Origin: Gammaproteobacteria bacterium | Lineage (GTDB): Bacteria; Pseudomonadota; Gammaproteobacteria; Tethybacterales; G965206325 | NCBI GenBank assembly: GCA_965206325.1 | Contig: OZ242208.1 | Location: 294,326-358,325 of the forward strand | DNA length: 64,000 nt | Direction of reading: 5' to 3' | In this document: one piece after another, positions 61,011 to 64,000 of the stretch | How positions within the stretch are numbered: the first letter of the stretch is position 1 | How the letters are laid out: every line of letters starts with the position of its first letter | The notes under the pieces: model-generated | Told to the model about the DNA's origin: nothing | Databases searched by the model: none | The model's input: the letters and a program-made list of their open reading frames with translations, nothing else | Program-made: the position numbers and the translations under genes

Positions 61011-61813
61011 TCGCCCGACTCCAAAAATTTCAGCAGCGTTGAATTCGCTTCTTCCGAAGAAACAAAAGCCGCCAAATGCCGCTGTCCGGGAAAAATTTCG
61101 CAGATTCCATTCGGAGCGAATTGCGCCATTTTTCGCGACATTTCCGGAGTGGAATGCGTATCCAATTCGCCGGTCGCAAACAAGGCCGGCATCGGCAAAT
61201 CGGCGAGGCGATTAGCAAAAGCGGAATCGCATTCCGCAAACAGCCGATATGCCCGCGCATAGCCGACGGCATTCGCCGCCGCCAGCCAAGCGCGAATTTG
61301 CGCGCGCCGAGCCGAATCGCCGGCATCTTCGCCGAACCAGCGATTTAAGGTTTTTTCCATTGCGATGGAATCCATCGCGCCGTTTTTCGCCAGCGAATCA
61401 GCGCGCGCCATCGCCGCTTTTTTCGCTTCCGAAGAGCGGCAAAACACGCCATTGAAAACGGCGATTTTCCGCGTCCGCGCGGGATTCCGCAGAGCAAAAT
61501 CCAACGCGACAAATCCGCCGAAAGAATGCCCGACAATATCCGCCGACGCGAATTCCAATTCATCCAGCAGCGACAAAATCGGCGCGCTGTAATCCGCCAG
61601 AGTCGGATTTTGCGGCGGCGGCGGACTCTCGCCGTGGCCGGGCAAATCGCAAACTATCGCCGTCCGGCGCGAGGAAAAAAATGATTCCTGCGGACGCCAA
61701 ATTTCCTTATTCAATCCGACGCCGTGCAGAAAAACGACCGCCGCCCCGCTTCCCGATGCGCGAAAAGAAATGCCGACATTTGCGGCCGCCTGCGGAGCGA
61801 ATTCCGCCGTCAT
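61007..61813 (-). CDS. pcaD: alpha/beta hydrolase, 3-oxoadipate enol-lactonase-like
   Basis: HG box VVFLHG and nucleophile elbow GHSFGG; adjacent to pcaC. Confidence 0.7.
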   Translation of the reverse strand: MTAEFAPQAAANVGISFRASGSGAAVVFLHGVGLNKEIWRPQESFFSSRRTAIVCDLPGHGESPPPPQNPTLADYSAPILSLLDELEFASADIVGHSFGGFVALDFALRNPARTRKIAVFNGVFCRSSEAKKAAMARADSLAKNGAMDSIAMEKTLNRWFGEDAGDSARRAQIRAWLAAANAVGYARAYRLFAECDSAFANRLADLPMPALFATGELDTHSTPEMSRKMAQFAPNGICEIFPGQRHLAAFVSSEEANSTLLKFLESGE

Positions 61814-61820
61814 TTTGCAA

Positions 61821-62201
61821 TTAGGGAGATTCGCTTTCGGCGAAAATTTCGCGCGCGAGGCGAAAGCATTCCACCGCCGCCGGGACGCCGCAGTAAATTC
61901 CGACAATATGAATCGCCGCCCGCAATTCTTCGCGCGATACGCCGTTTTGGAGCGCGCCGCGGCAGTGCAATTTCCATTCTTCCATTCGTCCGAGCGCGGC
62001 TATCATCGTCAGATTCATCAGCGACCGCGTTTTCGGATTTAGCGCGTCGTCGCCCCAGCCGAATCCCCAGCAGAATTCCGTCAGCGCCTCTTGAAAGGGA
62101 CGGGTGAAATCGTCCGCATTTTCCAGCGCGCGATTAACATAATCCTCACCCAGAGTCGCTTTGCGGCGGGCGAGTCCTTTGGCGTATCTTTCCCGGTCCA
62201 T
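61821..62201 (-). CDS. pcaC: 4-carboxymuconolactone decarboxylase family protein
   Basis: CMD-family motifs (VNRALENADD...TEFCWGFGWG). Preferred start is an internal ATG at 62201. Confidence 0.75.
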   Translation of the reverse strand: MDRERYAKGLARRKATLGEDYVNRALENADDFTRPFQEALTEFCWGFGWGDDALNPKTRSLMNLTMIAALGRMEEWKLHCRGALQNGVSREELRAAIHIVGIYCGVPAAVECFRLAREIFAESESP

Positions 62202-62203
62202 TT

Positions 62204-63358
62204 TTACTGCGCGGGAAAATCCAAGGCGCGGCAATCTTCGGCGTGCCAGCCGACTTTAATGTCGCCGCCGACTTTCAAAGTCGCGCGCGAGGGGTCGCTT
62301 CGCCAATGGGCGGCGTCGTTGGGGACTTTGACGATAAAATCGCTGTGCCCCAAAAGCATAAGCCGCACCCGAATGTGGTCGCCGAGATAAATTAATTCTT
62401 CAATTTTCGCCGAGACCATATTCGTCATTTCGCTTTGCGGATTCAATTCCACCCTTTCCGGACGCAGGGACAGCATTGTTTTTTCGCCCGCTTTGACGGC
62501 GATTTTGTTGGCGATAACTTCGGTATGCCCGTCCACTTCCACGGCGCACAGCGGATCTTTGCAATCGCGGTCTTTGCCTTTGCCGAATCCTTCGGCGCTT
62601 TCATCGCGCACAACTTTGCCGATAAGCCGATTGTTTTCGCCGATGAATTGGGCGACAAAGGCGTTTTCCGGATATTCGTAGAGATCGTCCGGACTCGCCA
62701 ATTGCTGAATGATTCCGTCGTTGAAAACGGCGATGCGGTTGGACATCGTCAATGCTTCGCTCTGGTCGTGCGTGACATAGACGACGGTCACGCCCAAATT
62801 TTCGTGGATGTGCTTCAATTCATACTGCATTTGCTCGCGCAGATTTTTATCCAACGCCCCAAGCGGCTCGTCCATTAAAACCAGCGAGGGCTCAAACACC
62901 AAAGCCCGGGCGACGGCGACACGCTGCTGCTGTCCGCCCGATAATTGCAGCGGACGCCGCCCGCCGAATTCGCCCAGCTGCACCATGTCCAACGCCCGAT
63001 TGACTTTGGTGAAAATATCGCTCCTGTCCATGTGCCGCACCGACAGCGGAAACGCCAGATTCTCAAACACCGTCATGTGCGGAAACAGGGCGTAATTCTG
63101 AAACACCATTCCGATGCCCCGCTTGTGCGGCGGAATGTTGTTGATGGGTTCGTCGCCGATGAAAATTTCGCCGTGCGTGGCGGTCTCAAACCCGGCGAGC
63201 ATCATCAGGCAGGTCGTCTTGCCGGAGCCGGACGGCCCCAGCATCGTCAGGAATTCGCCGTTTTCAATGTGCAGATTGAGGTTTTTGACGACCAGCGATT
63301 CGCCGTCGTAACTCTTCTGCACATTGTCAAATCGGACATGAATGTTTTGTTCAGGCAT
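62204..63358 (-). CDS. ABC transporter ATP-binding protein, PotA/FbpC-like with C-terminal TOBE domain
   Basis: Walker A GPSGSGKTT, signature LSGGQQQRVAVAR, Walker B LVLMDEP, C-terminal regulatory domain. Confidence 0.85.
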   Translation of the reverse strand: MPEQNIHVRFDNVQKSYDGESLVVKNLNLHIENGEFLTMLGPSGSGKTTCLMMLAGFETATHGEIFIGDEPINNIPPHKRGIGMVFQNYALFPHMTVFENLAFPLSVRHMDRSDIFTKVNRALDMVQLGEFGGRRPLQLSGGQQQRVAVARALVFEPSLVLMDEPLGALDKNLREQMQYELKHIHENLGVTVVYVTHDQSEALTMSNRIAVFNDGIIQQLASPDDLYEYPENAFVAQFIGENNRLIGKVVRDESAEGFGKGKDRDCKDPLCAVEVDGHTEVIANKIAVKAGEKTMLSLRPERVELNPQSEMTNMVSAKIEELIYLGDHIRVRLMLLGHSDFIVKVPNDAAHWRSDPSRATLKVGGDIKVGWHAEDCRALDFPAQ

Positions 63359-63476
63359 TATTGTTCCTCCGCGTGAATGGGGGGAATTTATCACATTTCG
63401 GCGGGCGGGGCTGCAAATGGTCGGATTTTTCACTATAATCCCCCGCAACGCGGAAAGCGACCATTGGCAATTTATT

Positions 63477-63505
63477 TTGTTAAAAGTCGCAAATTCTGCT
63501 ATAAT
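63477..63505 (+). promoter_or_regulatory. candidate sigma70 promoter (TTGTTA - 17 nt - TATAAT) for the terminal ORF
   Basis: Read directly; an SD aaaggag follows 8 nt upstream of the ATG at 63542. Confidence 0.4.
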
Positions 63506-63541
63506 AATTTTCGCTTATCATCAGAAAGGAGCATGCAAGCA

Positions 63542-64000
63542 ATGGAAACGAGAGGCGAGAGGAGCAATACCTTTCCCCACCAGCAGGAGCACTCGGCGAT
63601 GCAAGCCGCGGAAAATGCTCAAATTCCCTTGTGGGAGAACCCGGGGTTCCCCTGTGATGCGGAAAGGTTTTCCGAAGCCGAATTGAATGAGGCATTGGAA
63701 TCTCTCGGCAAGGCACAGAAAGCGGCGGCTGAGGCCATGTTCAGAGTCCTATCCATTGCTCCCGTGAGGCAATTGGATGACGAGATCGCGGCACTCAGGC
63801 GGGCTCAGGCGGAACGCTACGAAGCGTATACACGCCCGGACATTTTGGGGGCAATCGGCTCGTCGTCACCGTTTCTTCCTGTTTTGCCGGAAGACCAGCA
63901 TGAGTCGATCGTGCAAGCAATAGAAAACGACTGGCGGCGTGTGGGTTGTGATCTGTGGATTTCCTTGCTTGACCATGTCAGGAAAGGGAAATCCCGGGCA
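63542..64000 (+). CDS. hypothetical protein, N-terminal 153 codons; continues past the window end
   Basis: Open frame to nt 64000 with promoter and SD upstream; codon usage (AGA/AGG Arg, lower GC) unlike the core genes. Confidence 0.35.
   Translation, partial: METRGERSNTFPHQQEHSAMQAAENAQIPLWENPGFPCDAERFSEAELNEALESLGKAQKAAAEAMFRVLSIAPVRQLDDEIAALRRAQAERYEAYTRPDILGAIGSSSPFLPVLPEDQHESIVQAIENDWRRVGCDLWISLLDHVRKGKSRA

Overview
This 64-kb window is a chromosomal segment with beta-proteobacterial synteny and about 60% GC. Conserved gene runs are kdsB(partial)-lipB-lipA, lpxH-ppiB-ppiA, tusA-mogA, trpF-trpB...trpA-accD-folC-dedD-cvpA-purF-metZ, dapF-DUF484-xerC, hisG-hisD, nuoA-E, secG-tRNA-Leu(GAG)-tpiA and queA-tgt. 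Several lower-GC accessory insertions break this core. (1) At 20.0-24.4 kb, a translationally coupled eukaryotic-like Ser/Thr kinase plus a 504-aa alpha-helical repeat protein sit next to a TnpB-only IS605-family element. The TnpB has an intact RuvC triad and a perfect sigma70 promoter, and is followed at its 3' end by two 35/36-bp hairpin direct repeats separated by a 31-bp unique segment (a CRISPR-like mini-array or omega-RNA region). (2) At 31.9-33.5 kb, a 1.5-kb islet encoding a Nudix hydrolase and a P-loop nucleotide-kinase-like protein is bracketed by 66-bp direct repeats that duplicate the 3' end of aceB. (3) At 40.5-44.4 kb, an NgoAVII-like Type II R-M island (Vsr, PLD-family endonuclease, C5-cytosine methyltransferase) sits beside an uncharacterised PD-(D/E)xK-domain protein. 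(4) A large DUF2723-like membrane protein is inserted inside the nuo operon between nuoB and nuoC. A Fic protein has three palindromic operators upstream, and a truncated second copy of the IS left end and promoter lies at 56.2 kb. About 30 G or C homopolymer tracts of 8-16 nt occur in clusters, nearly all read in-frame as Gly/Pro runs inside housekeeping genes, and a 16-nt tract coincides with a frameshift that splits hisD. Either an assembly/sequencing artefact or real hypervariable tracts could produce that pattern.
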